Position numbers and translations under genes: made by a program. Below, piece by piece: positions 1 to 9,333 of a stretch of 64,000 nt of DNA. The stretch spans positions 736,001 to 800,000 of the forward strand of contig OZ244188.1 of assembly GCA_965216635.1 (NCBI GenBank), read 5' to 3'. The stretch's first letter is position 1; every line of letters begins with the position of its first letter. The notes beneath the pieces were generated by a model, which did no database searches, was not told the DNA's origin, and saw only the letters and a list, made by a program, of their open reading frames with translations. The stretch comes from a bacterium. GTDB taxonomy: Bacteria; SAR324; XYD2-FULL-50-16; G965216635.

Positions 1-16
1 TCTTAATCGCAATATT

Positions 17-2107
17 TTGAGCTTTATAATTTTTATAGGGGCGGTGATGTTTTATGTTTGGTTTTTTGGGGTTTTAGAATCTTATGGTTTTGCTTTCAAT
101 CCTATAGAAAACTGGAAACACTCCGTATTTGCTAAAAGCGGGGGAGTAGCAAGGATAAAAGTAACCTACGGTAATATCAATTACCTAGCGGGCTCTCTTG
201 TCTCTGTTTTACCTATGTTTTTAGTGTTGTCTATTCCCGATTTAAAATATAAAACAGAAAAACAAACGGATAGATTTTTTTTCAAAAAACGTTTGCTCCA
301 TATTCTTTTTCTTGCTTTTTTTCTAGCGACCTTTCACGCACTTTTTTTGACCGTCACCCGTGCTGCTATAGCTGCGAGCGTATTGAGTAATTTAGCTGTT
401 TTAAGTGTTTTGGCTTGGAGTTTTGTGGCGCAGAAAAGAAAAATTGTCTCTGGTTTTTTGGTTTTATCTGTTTTTATTACAATCATTGTTCTTTTTATAA
501 CTCTTTCTTTTTTTTACCGAGATGTTCTGGTTACCCATTCAAGGTTTTTTGCTGTTTTTTATCCTGATGTTTGGGGAGGAAGATTTATTGCTTGGGGAGC
601 GGCTATTCAGGGTTTTTTGAATGCACCTTTTTTTGGTTATGGAATGGGTTCTTCTTATGGTGTATTTTTTCGTTTTATAGACCCTGCCAGTAGAAATTTT
701 TGGGTACAGAGAAGCTACAATCACGCCCATTCTGAATGGATAGAATATTTAGCAGAAGGAGGAATTTTTGGCTATATTTGTTTTTTTATTCTTTGGGGGT
801 ATGTTTTTTATCATCTCATTAAAATTTTTTTAAGCCCTCAAGCAAGCTCTTTTCATAAAAGACTAGTATTAGGTTGTGGAGGAGGTATGCTGGGGTTTTA
901 TTTGCATGGATTTTTTTCTGTATCACAAAGGCAAATCGTCACTCATCTACCTCAATTTGCTATGCTCGCTATTGCCTTTGTCCTAATAGCCTTTTATAAA
1001 GATAAGCTGACAGTAGAATCATCCGTAGAAAAAAAAAATATATTACAGAAACTGATACAAAAATGGCAAACAAGGTGGAATTGTTTTTTGCATTACTTAG
1101 AAAAATATCCATTTCTTAAAAATCAACTTCCCTGTTTTTTGATTATTACTATAGGTGTTATGATTTATTATCCTTGGGCAAAGGGACAAAAGGAGTTTAT
1201 AAAAATCTCTAAAAAAGGACAAAATTATTTAAATACCCTACAACTAGAAAAACTTACCGAAAAATATGAAGATATTTATGCTCTTGATCAACTTCTAAGA
1301 TGGCAGATAAGATATAGAAGATATGATAAAGCCTTAAAAACTATAGATAAAATAGAAAAAACTTTACCGCATTATCGCATTACAGATTTTTTAAAGGCTG
1401 ATATTCATTTTAGGCAGAAAAAATTTAAAGAAGCCTTTGAATTTACTCAAACCTACAGTAAACAAGATAATTATTTTTTGCCAAATCTATCCCTGAATAA
1501 TAAATTAGCTATAGCTTTTAATAAACCAGATGTTTATCTGCAGAATTTGAATTATATTGCTCAAATGAATAATCCTGTTTGGAATCCAAATCTTAGAAGA
1601 AAGTCTAGAGAATTTTATCAATTCCAATTTATTATTGATAATAGACAAAAAAATAATATCTCTATAAGAGAAAGAAAAGATGAAAAAAATGCGATAGAAA
1701 TTTTTTTCTCAGCAAATTTTTTCTTTAAAGATTTTTTTCCATTGGCGCTTGAGATAGAACGAACTCAAAACAAGAAAAAACGGCAACAATTAGCCTCTAG
1801 GTTGATCTCACGATTTAATTTTGAGCTTTTTAAAACTGCTTTAAATTGCCAGTTTCAAAAAGAGGATACAGGTGACAAAAGTAAATTTTTCTGTAAGGGA
1901 GGTTTTATTAAAATTGATCCTGTAGATTCTAGTCCAGAAAATGCAAATAAGGTTTTGCCATTTTTGTCTGGAGTTTTTCAGCAATTGGATCCTAATTTAA
2001 AAGATTCTGAAAATGAAGCTATTTTTAAAAATTGGGGGCATATAAAGGGAAGAGTTCTCTTTCTTAAGCAAATTGTGAAAAATTACCGCATTGTTTTGTT
2101 GTTATAG
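17..2107 (+). CDS. O-antigen ligase (Wzy_C) family membrane protein with C-terminal TPR-like region; may extend 5' of the window
   Basis: Many TM segments; TYGNINYLA, TVTRAA, PFFGYGMGS and NHAHSEWIEYLAEGGIFG motifs typical of O-antigen ligases. Confidence 0.8.
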   Translation: MSFIIFIGAVMFYVWFFGVLESYGFAFNPIENWKHSVFAKSGGVARIKVTYGNINYLAGSLVSVLPMFLVLSIPDLKYKTEKQTDRFFFKKRLLHILFLAFFLATFHALFLTVTRAAIAASVLSNLAVLSVLAWSFVAQKRKIVSGFLVLSVFITIIVLFITLSFFYRDVLVTHSRFFAVFYPDVWGGRFIAWGAAIQGFLNAPFFGYGMGSSYGVFFRFIDPASRNFWVQRSYNHAHSEWIEYLAEGGIFGYICFFILWGYVFYHLIKIFLSPQASSFHKRLVLGCGGGMLGFYLHGFFSVSQRQIVTHLPQFAMLAIAFVLIAFYKDKLTVESSVEKKNILQKLIQKWQTRWNCFLHYLEKYPFLKNQLPCFLIITIGVMIYYPWAKGQKEFIKISKKGQNYLNTLQLEKLTEKYEDIYALDQLLRWQIRYRRYDKALKTIDKIEKTLPHYRITDFLKADIHFRQKKFKEAFEFTQTYSKQDNYFLPNLSLNNKLAIAFNKPDVYLQNLNYIAQMNNPVWNPNLRRKSREFYQFQFIIDNRQKNNISIRERKDEKNAIEIFFSANFFFKDFFPLALEIERTQNKKKRQQLASRLISRFNFELFKTALNCQFQKEDTGDKSKFFCKGGFIKIDPVDSSPENANKVLPFLSGVFQQLDPNLKDSENEAIFKNWGHIKGRVLFLKQIVKNYRIVLLL

Positions 2108-2116
2108 AGAAAAATG

Positions 2117-2190
2117 CGAGGCGTAGCGCAGCCCGGTAGCGCACATGTCTGGGGGACATGGGGTCGTGGGTTCAAATCCCGCCGCCTCGA
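2117..2190 (+). tRNA. tRNA-Pro(GGG), CCA not encoded
   Basis: Acceptor stem CGAGGCG/CGCCTCG, anticodon arm CATGT-CTGGGGG-ACATG, T-loop GGTTCAAATCC. Confidence 0.95.
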
Positions 2191-2266
2191 TTGGTTTGAA
2201 AATATTGAAGATACGATGGAATTCGTTATGTGACGGGCGTGATTACAACTTAAATTTAAAATAAAT

Positions 2267-2453
2267 TAGACTTTTGAATTTGCTTGTCTAGTTTAACCTA
2301 TGCAGCGTTGAAAATTTTTTTTAATTCTTGAAATACTTGAGTATTACGCTGGGTTCATCGTTGGGAGCTAAAAATTTTTTTTTTGCACCTGTTATAACCA
2401 TTTGGCTAACCGTCACAGCTAGTTTTATTCTATTTGGCAAATTCAAAGGTCTA
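2267..2453. mobile_element. MITE-like palindromic element, copy 1 (extra right end duplicated at ~2455-2479)
   Basis: Ends TAGACTTTTGAATTTGC...GCAAATTCAAAGGTCTA; internal modules shared with other copies. Confidence 0.85.
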
Positions 2454-2506
2454 TTCTATTTGGCAAATTCAAAAGCCTAACTAATCTATTATATTAAGGA
2501 GGAAGT

Positions 2507-5242
2507 ATGATAAAATACATAATCAAACGCAATGGAGCCACTGTTTCATTTGATACAACAAGGATTTCCAAAGCTATTTTTAAAGCAGCACAGGCAGTAG
2601 GAGGAAGTGATGCTCAAATCTCACTACAACTTGCTGAAAAAGTAGTTCAAGCTATCCAAGAAAACTACGAAAATAAAACTCCTACTGTAGAGGGAGTTCA
2701 AGATATTGTTGAAGAAATCCTAATAAAAGAAGGACACGCAAAGACTGCTAAAGCGTATATTTTATACCGCTCTGAAAAAACAAAACTTCGCAATCAAAAA
2801 AGACAAGAAGTATTAGATAAAATCAACAAACACGAAGCAAGAGTTATTTTAGAAGATGGTTCTGAAGTAGATTTTGATAGCGATAGTATGCTCCATAAAC
2901 TAGAAACTATCGCAAATGATTTAAGAGAAGTAGATTGTAAAGAGTTGTTTTTGGAAGCCTGTTCTCATCTATACAACGGCATCTATTTTAGAGAATTAGA
3001 AGCTTCTTTAATCAATGCTGCTAGGGGAAAAATAGAGATTAGCATAGACTATTCTTATCTAGCCGCAAGACTTCTTTTAGAAAAAATCTATACTCCAGTG
3101 CTAAATCTATCTTTTATCAATCAAAAAAAATTTGCACAAAACTACCGAGAATCTTTTTCCCAATATCTTGAAAAAGGATTGGCAGATGGGCAGTTAAACA
3201 AAAAACTAGAAAATTTTGATTTAAAAGAAATCCAAAGTCATCTCATGCCCGAAAGGGATTTATTATTCCAATACAGAGGATTACAAACGATTCACGATAG
3301 ATACCTACTCAAAACAACTAGTCAAAAACAAGAGATTTTTGAGCTACCACAGTATCTTTGGATGAGAATAGCCATGGGTTTAGCTTTAGCTGAAAAAGAA
3401 AATAGAACAAAATACGCCATTGATTTTTACAATAGTATTTCTCAAATGGATTATATTCCATCAACTCCTACTCTTTTTAATGCTGCGACAACTCATCCAC
3501 AACTTTCTTCTTGTTTTTTAAATACAGTTTCCGATTCTTTAGACGGTATTTTTAAAAGCTATGCTGATAATGCTCAGCTTTCAAAATATGCTGGAGGTAT
3601 TGGAACAGATTGGACTTCTGTGCGCTCTTTGGGCTCTAGGATTGTAGGTACCAACGGAAATAGTCAAGGAATTATCCCTTTTTTAAAGATATTCAACGAT
3701 GTTGCAGTAGCTGTCAATCAAGGAGGTAAAAGAAAAGGAGCTATGTGCGCCTACCTTGAACTTTGGCACGGAGATATAGAAGAATTTTTAGAATCCAAAA
3801 AAAATACAGGGGATGAAAGAAGAAGATTGCACGATGTACATACTGCTGTTTGGATACCTGATTTATTTATGAAAAGACTAGAGCAAGACGGACAATGGTC
3901 TTTTTTTTCTCCCACAGAAGTTCCAGAATTACACGATCTCTACGGGGTAGAATTTGAAAAAAAATATCAAGAGTACGAAGCACAAAATCTTGCTTCTGAA
4001 AAAAAAGTATCCGCTCGTTTTCTGTGGAAAAAAATCTTAACTATGCTCTTTGAGACTGGACATCCTTGGATTACTTTCAAAGATGCCTGCAATATTAGAA
4101 ATCCTCAGGATCATACAGGTGTAATTCATAACTCTAATCTTTGCACTGAAATTACGCTTAATAATTCAGCAGACGAAACTGCGGTTTGTAATCTAGGTTC
4201 TCTCAACCTAGCCCGTATGATAGAAGACGGGGGAATCAATGAAAAAAAGCTAAAAAATACTGTTTTCCAATCAATCCGAATGCTAGACAATGTTATTGAT
4301 ATTAACTACTACCCTACTAAAGAAGCAAAAAATTCTAATAGTAGACACAGACCGATAGGTTTAGGCGTAATGGGCTATCAAGACGCTTTATTTCAATTGG
4401 ATATTCCTTTTGCCTCTGATGAACAGGTAGAATTTGCTGATAAATTAGCAGAAAAAATATCTTACTATGCAATTCAAGCATCCAACGAGCTTGCCGCAGA
4501 AAAAGGCTCTTATAGTAGTTTTAAAGGCTCTAAATGGGATAGAGGTCTGCTACCTCTGGATACCTACAAATTATTATCTCAAACTAGAGGAGGACTTTTA
4601 GAATACGATGATTCTTCTACTATGGATTGGGATGCTTTAAAACAAAAGATCAAGGAAAATGGTATGAGAAATTCTAATTGTATGGCAATAGCTCCCACAG
4701 CGACTATTTCTAACATTGCAGGCACGGTGCCTTGTATTGAGCCTATTTTCCGCAATATTTACACTAAGGAAAACACCGATGGCTCTTTTATTGTTATCAA
4801 CCACTACTTAATGGAAGAGCTAAAAGAAAAAGGAATTTGGACAAAAGAGCTAGTAAATAAAATTAAATTTTATGACGGCTCACTCGCCAAAATTGAAGAA
4901 TTGCCTGAATGGATAAAACAAAAATATCAGGAAGTTTTTGAAATTGATTCCTTATGGTTATTGAAAGGAGCTGCTAGAAGAAATAAATGGATAGATCAAA
5001 GTCAATCTCTCAATGTTTTTGTTTCCAATACTAGCGGTAAAGCCCTAAGCGATGTCTACCAAGCAGCTTGGCAACTTGGCTTAAAAACTACCTACTATTT
5101 GCGTTCCTTGAGTATCACACAAATAGACAAAACCATAGAAATCAACACCCAAAGTAAAGAAGCAGAACCAATGCAGTCTTTTGCTACAAAAGATGCTGTT
5201 GCGGATGCTATAGATAAATCTACTTGCGAAGTTTGCCAGTAA
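2507..5242 (+). CDS. nrdA: Class Ia ribonucleoside-diphosphate reductase alpha subunit with N-terminal ATP-cone(s)
   Basis: IIKRNG ATP-cone start, PQLSSCF, SNLCTEI, APTATIS, LKTTYYLRS, C-terminal CEVCQ; RBS AGGAGG. Confidence 0.95.
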   Translation: MIKYIIKRNGATVSFDTTRISKAIFKAAQAVGGSDAQISLQLAEKVVQAIQENYENKTPTVEGVQDIVEEILIKEGHAKTAKAYILYRSEKTKLRNQKRQEVLDKINKHEARVILEDGSEVDFDSDSMLHKLETIANDLREVDCKELFLEACSHLYNGIYFRELEASLINAARGKIEISIDYSYLAARLLLEKIYTPVLNLSFINQKKFAQNYRESFSQYLEKGLADGQLNKKLENFDLKEIQSHLMPERDLLFQYRGLQTIHDRYLLKTTSQKQEIFELPQYLWMRIAMGLALAEKENRTKYAIDFYNSISQMDYIPSTPTLFNAATTHPQLSSCFLNTVSDSLDGIFKSYADNAQLSKYAGGIGTDWTSVRSLGSRIVGTNGNSQGIIPFLKIFNDVAVAVNQGGKRKGAMCAYLELWHGDIEEFLESKKNTGDERRRLHDVHTAVWIPDLFMKRLEQDGQWSFFSPTEVPELHDLYGVEFEKKYQEYEAQNLASEKKVSARFLWKKILTMLFETGHPWITFKDACNIRNPQDHTGVIHNSNLCTEITLNNSADETAVCNLGSLNLARMIEDGGINEKKLKNTVFQSIRMLDNVIDINYYPTKEAKNSNSRHRPIGLGVMGYQDALFQLDIPFASDEQVEFADKLAEKISYYAIQASNELAAEKGSYSSFKGSKWDRGLLPLDTYKLLSQTRGGLLEYDDSSTMDWDALKQKIKENGMRNSNCMAIAPTATISNIAGTVPCIEPIFRNIYTKENTDGSFIVINHYLMEELKEKGIWTKELVNKIKFYDGSLAKIEELPEWIKQKYQEVFEIDSLWLLKGAARRNKWIDQSQSLNVFVSNTSGKALSDVYQAAWQLGLKTTYYLRSLSITQIDKTIEINTQSKEAEPMQSFATKDAVADAIDKSTCEVCQ

Positions 5243-5403
5243 GGTTTACCTAGTAGCCCAATAATTTTTCCAGTAATATTTCCAGTAGCCCAATAATTTT
5301 TCCAGTAATATTACCTAGTAGCCCATTAATTTTACCTAGCAGTTGCTTTAAAACACGATTCAGTCAAAAGGAGCAATATTGTTTTGCTCCTTTTTTTTTA
5401 TTT
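5147..5403 (+). repeat. Direct repeat copy A: last ~95 nt of nrdA + CCAGTA-core minisatellite + terminator
   Basis: Near-identical to 7277-7620, offset 2130 bp. Confidence 0.95.
5367..5399 (+). terminator. Rho-independent terminator after nrdA
   Basis: AAAAGGAGCAA-loop-TTGCTCCTTTT followed by a T tract. Confidence 0.8.
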
Positions 5404-5474
5404 TTATTTTCTATAAAATAATTTTCAAAAATATTACAATTCATGGGCTATATGAATTTTATTAAAACTAAAAA

Positions 5475-5906
5475 ATGAAAAATAAAGTTTATTTTAAAAA
5501 TTCACAAGATATGTCAGAAGTTCCAGATAATTTTGTAAATTTGGTTGTAACCTCTCCACCTTATTTTACTACTAAAAATTATTCTAAAGACGGTTACCAA
5601 AATATTACTCATTCAAAAAAAATAGAAAAACAATTAGGTGATATAAGTGACTATAGTCAGTTCATAGCAGAATTATTAAAGGTATGGCAGGAATGTGAAA
5701 GAGTTTTAAAACCAAATGGGAAATTGGTTATTAATACACCACTAGTGCCAATGGTAAAAAAAAATTATAGCACTCATTACAACAGGCATATTTTTGATTT
5801 AAACTCTGATATTCAACAATCTATATTGCAACAACACTCAAGTGAAATGTTTTTGTATGATGTTTTTATTTGGAATAGAATTAATACTAGCAAAAATTTA
5901 ATGTAG
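5475..5906 (+). pseudogene. Truncated N4-C/N6-A DNA methyltransferase (N-terminal half)
   Basis: VNLVVTSPPY motif IV, ERVLKPNGKL; stops at 143 aa without the FxGxG SAM-binding motif. Confidence 0.8.
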
Positions 5907-5933
5907 ATTATGAATTTAAATAGGAATTAAAAA

Positions 5934-6155
5934 ATGGAAATACTAAAAAAACCAAATGTTGAAACTAATTGGATATGTCCGATTTGTAAAACAGCTGAAA
6001 CAAAAGAAGTAGTATTAATAGAAATTGATAGTTATAACGATAAAAATAAGCAGATCAAGCAAATTCATTTATGTTGTTTAGATTTGAGGATACAACGAAA
6101 GTATTTAGGGGAAGCAGATTTAATTTATCAAACTATAGAGTCAAGTAGAAATTAA
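5934..6155 (+). CDS. Small hypothetical protein with CPIC and HLCC (possible Zn binding)
   Basis: 73-aa ORF with upstream AGGA. Confidence 0.5.
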   Translation: MEILKKPNVETNWICPICKTAETKEVVLIEIDSYNDKNKQIKQIHLCCLDLRIQRKYLGEADLIYQTIESSRN

Positions 6156-6173
6156 AAAAAGGAATAGAAAATT

Positions 6174-7148
6174 ATGAGTAGAAAAACGAGTTTAGAGATT
6201 AAACTGATAAAAAAAGAAGTTCTAGATTTAATAAAAGGTAATTTTACCATTGAGGAAATGAAACAGTTTGGTAAAAATATTTATAAAATTAATGAAAAAA
6301 ATATAATATTTGATTTAGTTTATGCAAGTCTAAATAGAAATCAATATTTTTTTGGAATAGAAAAAGAACAATTAGAAGAATTATATAAAGAAACAAGAAA
6401 TTATTATCATATCTTTATTTGTGGAAATAAAAAACAATGCTTTTTTATACCAATTTCTTTGTTAATTGAAATATTAAAAGATAGTAAAGCAACACAACAT
6501 AAAGGATTCAGGCAATATAAACCAATAATTATGTTTAGAAATGGGAGATGGATTGTAAGAAGTTTTGGGCGGTATGATATTACAAATTATCTCAATCAAT
6601 ATAAATTATTAAATGAAAATATTGATAAAACTATTATTCCTAAAGCAAATATTGAAATTAAAAATGAAACCATTAATGAAAAAATTAAAAATATAGCTAA
6701 AGAAACTGATTTAAAAAATATAGATATACACAAAACTATTATAAATATGTTAAAAAAAATTGGGGAATGGGAAAATTTTGATGTATTAACAGAACAAAAA
6801 CCAAAAGGGTTTGATGATTTTCCATATAATCCTGATTGTTTGTGGTATAAAAATAATGATTTATTTTTGGCAATTGAGGTTTGTAATAAAGGCAGTATTG
6901 AAAAAGATAAAGATTCTTTAAAGCAGTTAAAAACATTAGGAGCAAGAAAAGTAGTAATAGTTTCAAGTATTGATAAATTGGAAAGAGTACGAAAATTATT
7001 TATGTATAATGGAGAAATAAAATCGTGGACAGAGTTTTGGAGTTTTGAAAGAATTTTACAGCTATATGATGATGGAGAAAAATTTTTTAATAATTTTAAT
7101 AAATTTAAAAACTATTCTTATAATGAAAATATTTTGGAGTATTTATAA
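6174..7148 (+). CDS. Putative PD-(D/E)xK restriction endonuclease-like protein
   Basis: C-terminal E...NPDCLW...AIEVCNK pattern; adjacent to MTase remnants. Confidence 0.55.
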   Translation: MSRKTSLEIKLIKKEVLDLIKGNFTIEEMKQFGKNIYKINEKNIIFDLVYASLNRNQYFFGIEKEQLEELYKETRNYYHIFICGNKKQCFFIPISLLIEILKDSKATQHKGFRQYKPIIMFRNGRWIVRSFGRYDITNYLNQYKLLNENIDKTIIPKANIEIKNETINEKIKNIAKETDLKNIDIHKTIINMLKKIGEWENFDVLTEQKPKGFDDFPYNPDCLWYKNNDLFLAIEVCNKGSIEKDKDSLKQLKTLGARKVVIVSSIDKLERVRKLFMYNGEIKSWTEFWSFERILQLYDDGEKFFNNFNKFKNYSYNENILEYL

Positions 7149-7222
7149 AATTAAAACGAAAATTTATCGGTTGTGAGCAAGATAAAAAATACTACCAGCT
7201 TGCTCTTAAAAATTTTATTTAA
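7148..7222 (+). pseudogene. C-terminal remnant of a DNA methyltransferase
   Basis: Translates KLKRKFIGCEQDKKYYQLALKNFI*, matching the RxFIGxE...YxxxA tail of N4/N6 MTases; no start codon. Confidence 0.7.
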
Positions 7223-7276
7223 CCAAAAAAAAATTCTTTTGGAAATGCCAAATAAAAAGCAGTTTTATCTCAACTT

Positions 7277-7620
7277 ACCCAAAGCAAAGAAGCAGAACCA
7301 ATGCAGTCTTTTGCTACAAAAGATGCTGTTGCGGATGCTATAGATAAATCTACCTGCGAAGTTTGCCAGTAAGGTTTACCTAGTAGCCCAATAATTTTTC
7401 CAGTAATTTTGCCAGTAGCCCAATAATTTTTCCAGTAATATTACCAGTAAGGTTTACCAGTAATATTGCCAGTAGCCCAATAATTTTTCCAATAATATTG
7501 CCAGTAAGGTTTACCAGTAATATTTCCAGTAAGGTTTACCAGTAATTTCACCTAGCAGTTGCTTTAAAACACGATTCAGTCAAAAGGAACAATATTGTTT
7601 TGCTCCTTTTTTTTTTATTT
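7277..7620 (+). repeat. Direct repeat copy B of the nrdA 3' end/terminator, with expanded minisatellite
   Basis: Matches 5147-5403; more CCAGTA-core units (about 7366-7557). Confidence 0.95.
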
Positions 7621-8247
7621 CTGCATGTTTTTTTCAATTTTTTCAAGTTGGGTAAAGGTTAAATTTTTGTTTTTTTTAGTTTCTATTAGAAACAATTCAG
7701 AGTTACGCAAAAGAAAATGAGCAATCGTTCCTTTTTTTAAACCATAATTTGATAATCCTAAATCTTTGCGTATAGATTTAGATAATGCATCCAATAGAAA
7801 TATCAAATTTACACCTTGCGGATTTTTTTTAAGATGATTATTCCATTCTATATATGATTTTAAGACATTTGAACCTCCCCAGAGGATTAGTTTTCTTTGC
7901 CATTCTCTTAGAAATTCAGTTATCTCCTGTATATTAGAATTTTTTCCTTTTTCAGCTTCATTAATTAAATCAAAAATTGTTTTTAAAAATTCATCGTATA
8001 GTTCGACTTTTTTCCCTCTAAAATGTTTTTCAATTTATTGATTTCGTTCAAAATATCTACCAACTGCAAGACTAATTGATGAAATTATCACAGTTATAAC
8101 AACAGATATTATTCCAACAGCTACGCCTGCGTCTAAACTTGCAAATTGAACCCAAACAAAAGAAAAAAACTTATATATATAAAAACTTATAACAGCAACA
8201 CATAGTATTCCAAATAAACCAATTAAAAAATTTATTATTTTTTTCAT
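7615..8247 (-). pseudogene. Membrane-anchored hypothetical protein (~210 aa) interrupted by one in-frame TAA at 8035-8037
   Basis: The 70-aa and 63-aa ORFs are in one frame; the frame stays open after TAA (IEKHFRGKKVELYDEF...); two N-terminal TM helices. Confidence 0.75.
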
Positions 8248-9332
8248 TTTCCTGATTTTTTTCGGTTGTCATCTTTGCATAACATTTGACAATTCTCAGC
8301 GGTAGTTTTTCCACCTTCGTGCCAAGGTTTTATATGGTCAGCTTCCATTTCTTCTATTTCAAAATGTTCTTTGCATTTTGTGCAAATACCTTTTTGTTTT
8401 TCGTATGCTTCTCTTTTTTGTTTATCTGTGAATGCGCGAATATTTAAATATTTTTCATCTTCTGTGAGGACATACGAATAAATTCCTTTTTTATTTGTCA
8501 CATCTTCATCTTCCATTAATTTTGCTATTTTTTCTTCTAATTTTTTATAATCAGATTCTTTATTTTCATCTTTAAACCTATTGTATAAAAATCCCCAGTT
8601 AACACCTTTCATTTCTTTACGCTCTTCTGGGAATACTGCCTTTACCCAATTAATCACGCTTTCAAAATATAGCCATAAAGTTTTGGCGTTTTCATCGTGC
8701 TGATGTTTTGACATATAGTCTTCAATATTGTCCTTGTTTATCCAACTTATAACGGTTTCTAAATAATCCTGACGAATAGGCGAACCGTTGAGATGCTTCT
8801 TTCCTATCTCATATGCTGGGCAACCATATTTACTAAAATACCGCTTTGCATCAGACACCCAAGAACCCGAATAAACTGCATTACGCAGTTCTTGATTGGT
8901 AAGTTCTACACCTGCAATATTTATAATCTTAAACCATTCCAATTTTTCACTATCTGTGCCGCTACATAAATAAACCATTAGGTTATAGTTAAGTATTTGT
9001 TCTTGCTGGTTATCTTGCAGATTGTAAAAAAAAATATTTTTATAGGAAAAAGTGCCTTTGACATACTGGCAAAGCGAAATGGTTCTTTGTTGCCCGTCAA
9101 TCACTTCAAAATTCCCATCATTACGAACTGCCCAATACATTACATTAAGAGGAAAATCTTTTGTAATTGTATCAATAACAGAGTTTCTTTGTTTGTCTTT
9201 ATATATAAATTCTCGTTGGTAAGGTGGACGAATATCAAGTTTACCGCCATACCCAAGTACACCTTCTTCAGCGTGGTCTGCATAACCTTCTGTTAATTCA
9301 TGCACGGTTATTTCTTTAAGTTCAATTTCCAT
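8244..9332 (-). CDS. DUF262 (ParB/Srx-like, GmrS-type) domain + C-terminal HNH endonuclease
   Basis: RPPYQREF, EVIDGQQR, FKIINIAG; CTKC...EADHIKPW..GG.T..ENCQMLC HNH motif. Confidence 0.85.
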   Translation of the reverse strand: MEIELKEITVHELTEGYADHAEEGVLGYGGKLDIRPPYQREFIYKDKQRNSVIDTITKDFPLNVMYWAVRNDGNFEVIDGQQRTISLCQYVKGTFSYKNIFFYNLQDNQQEQILNYNLMVYLCSGTDSEKLEWFKIINIAGVELTNQELRNAVYSGSWVSDAKRYFSKYGCPAYEIGKKHLNGSPIRQDYLETVISWINKDNIEDYMSKHQHDENAKTLWLYFESVINWVKAVFPEERKEMKGVNWGFLYNRFKDENKESDYKKLEEKIAKLMEDEDVTNKKGIYSYVLTEDEKYLNIRAFTDKQKREAYEKQKGICTKCKEHFEIEEMEADHIKPWHEGGKTTAENCQMLCKDDNRKKSGK

Positions 9333-9333
9333 A

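Noticed and set aside
2117..2266. tRNA-Pro (or tRNA-Cys/Gly) as an island integration site
   Set aside because: No duplicated tRNA 3' end or integrase seen
5236..7557. CCAGTA repeats as a CRISPR array
   Set aside because: No constant-length repeat with unique spacers; no cas genes
8035..8037. Stop-codon reassignment
   Set aside because: Isolated TAA; all other genes terminate normally under the standard code
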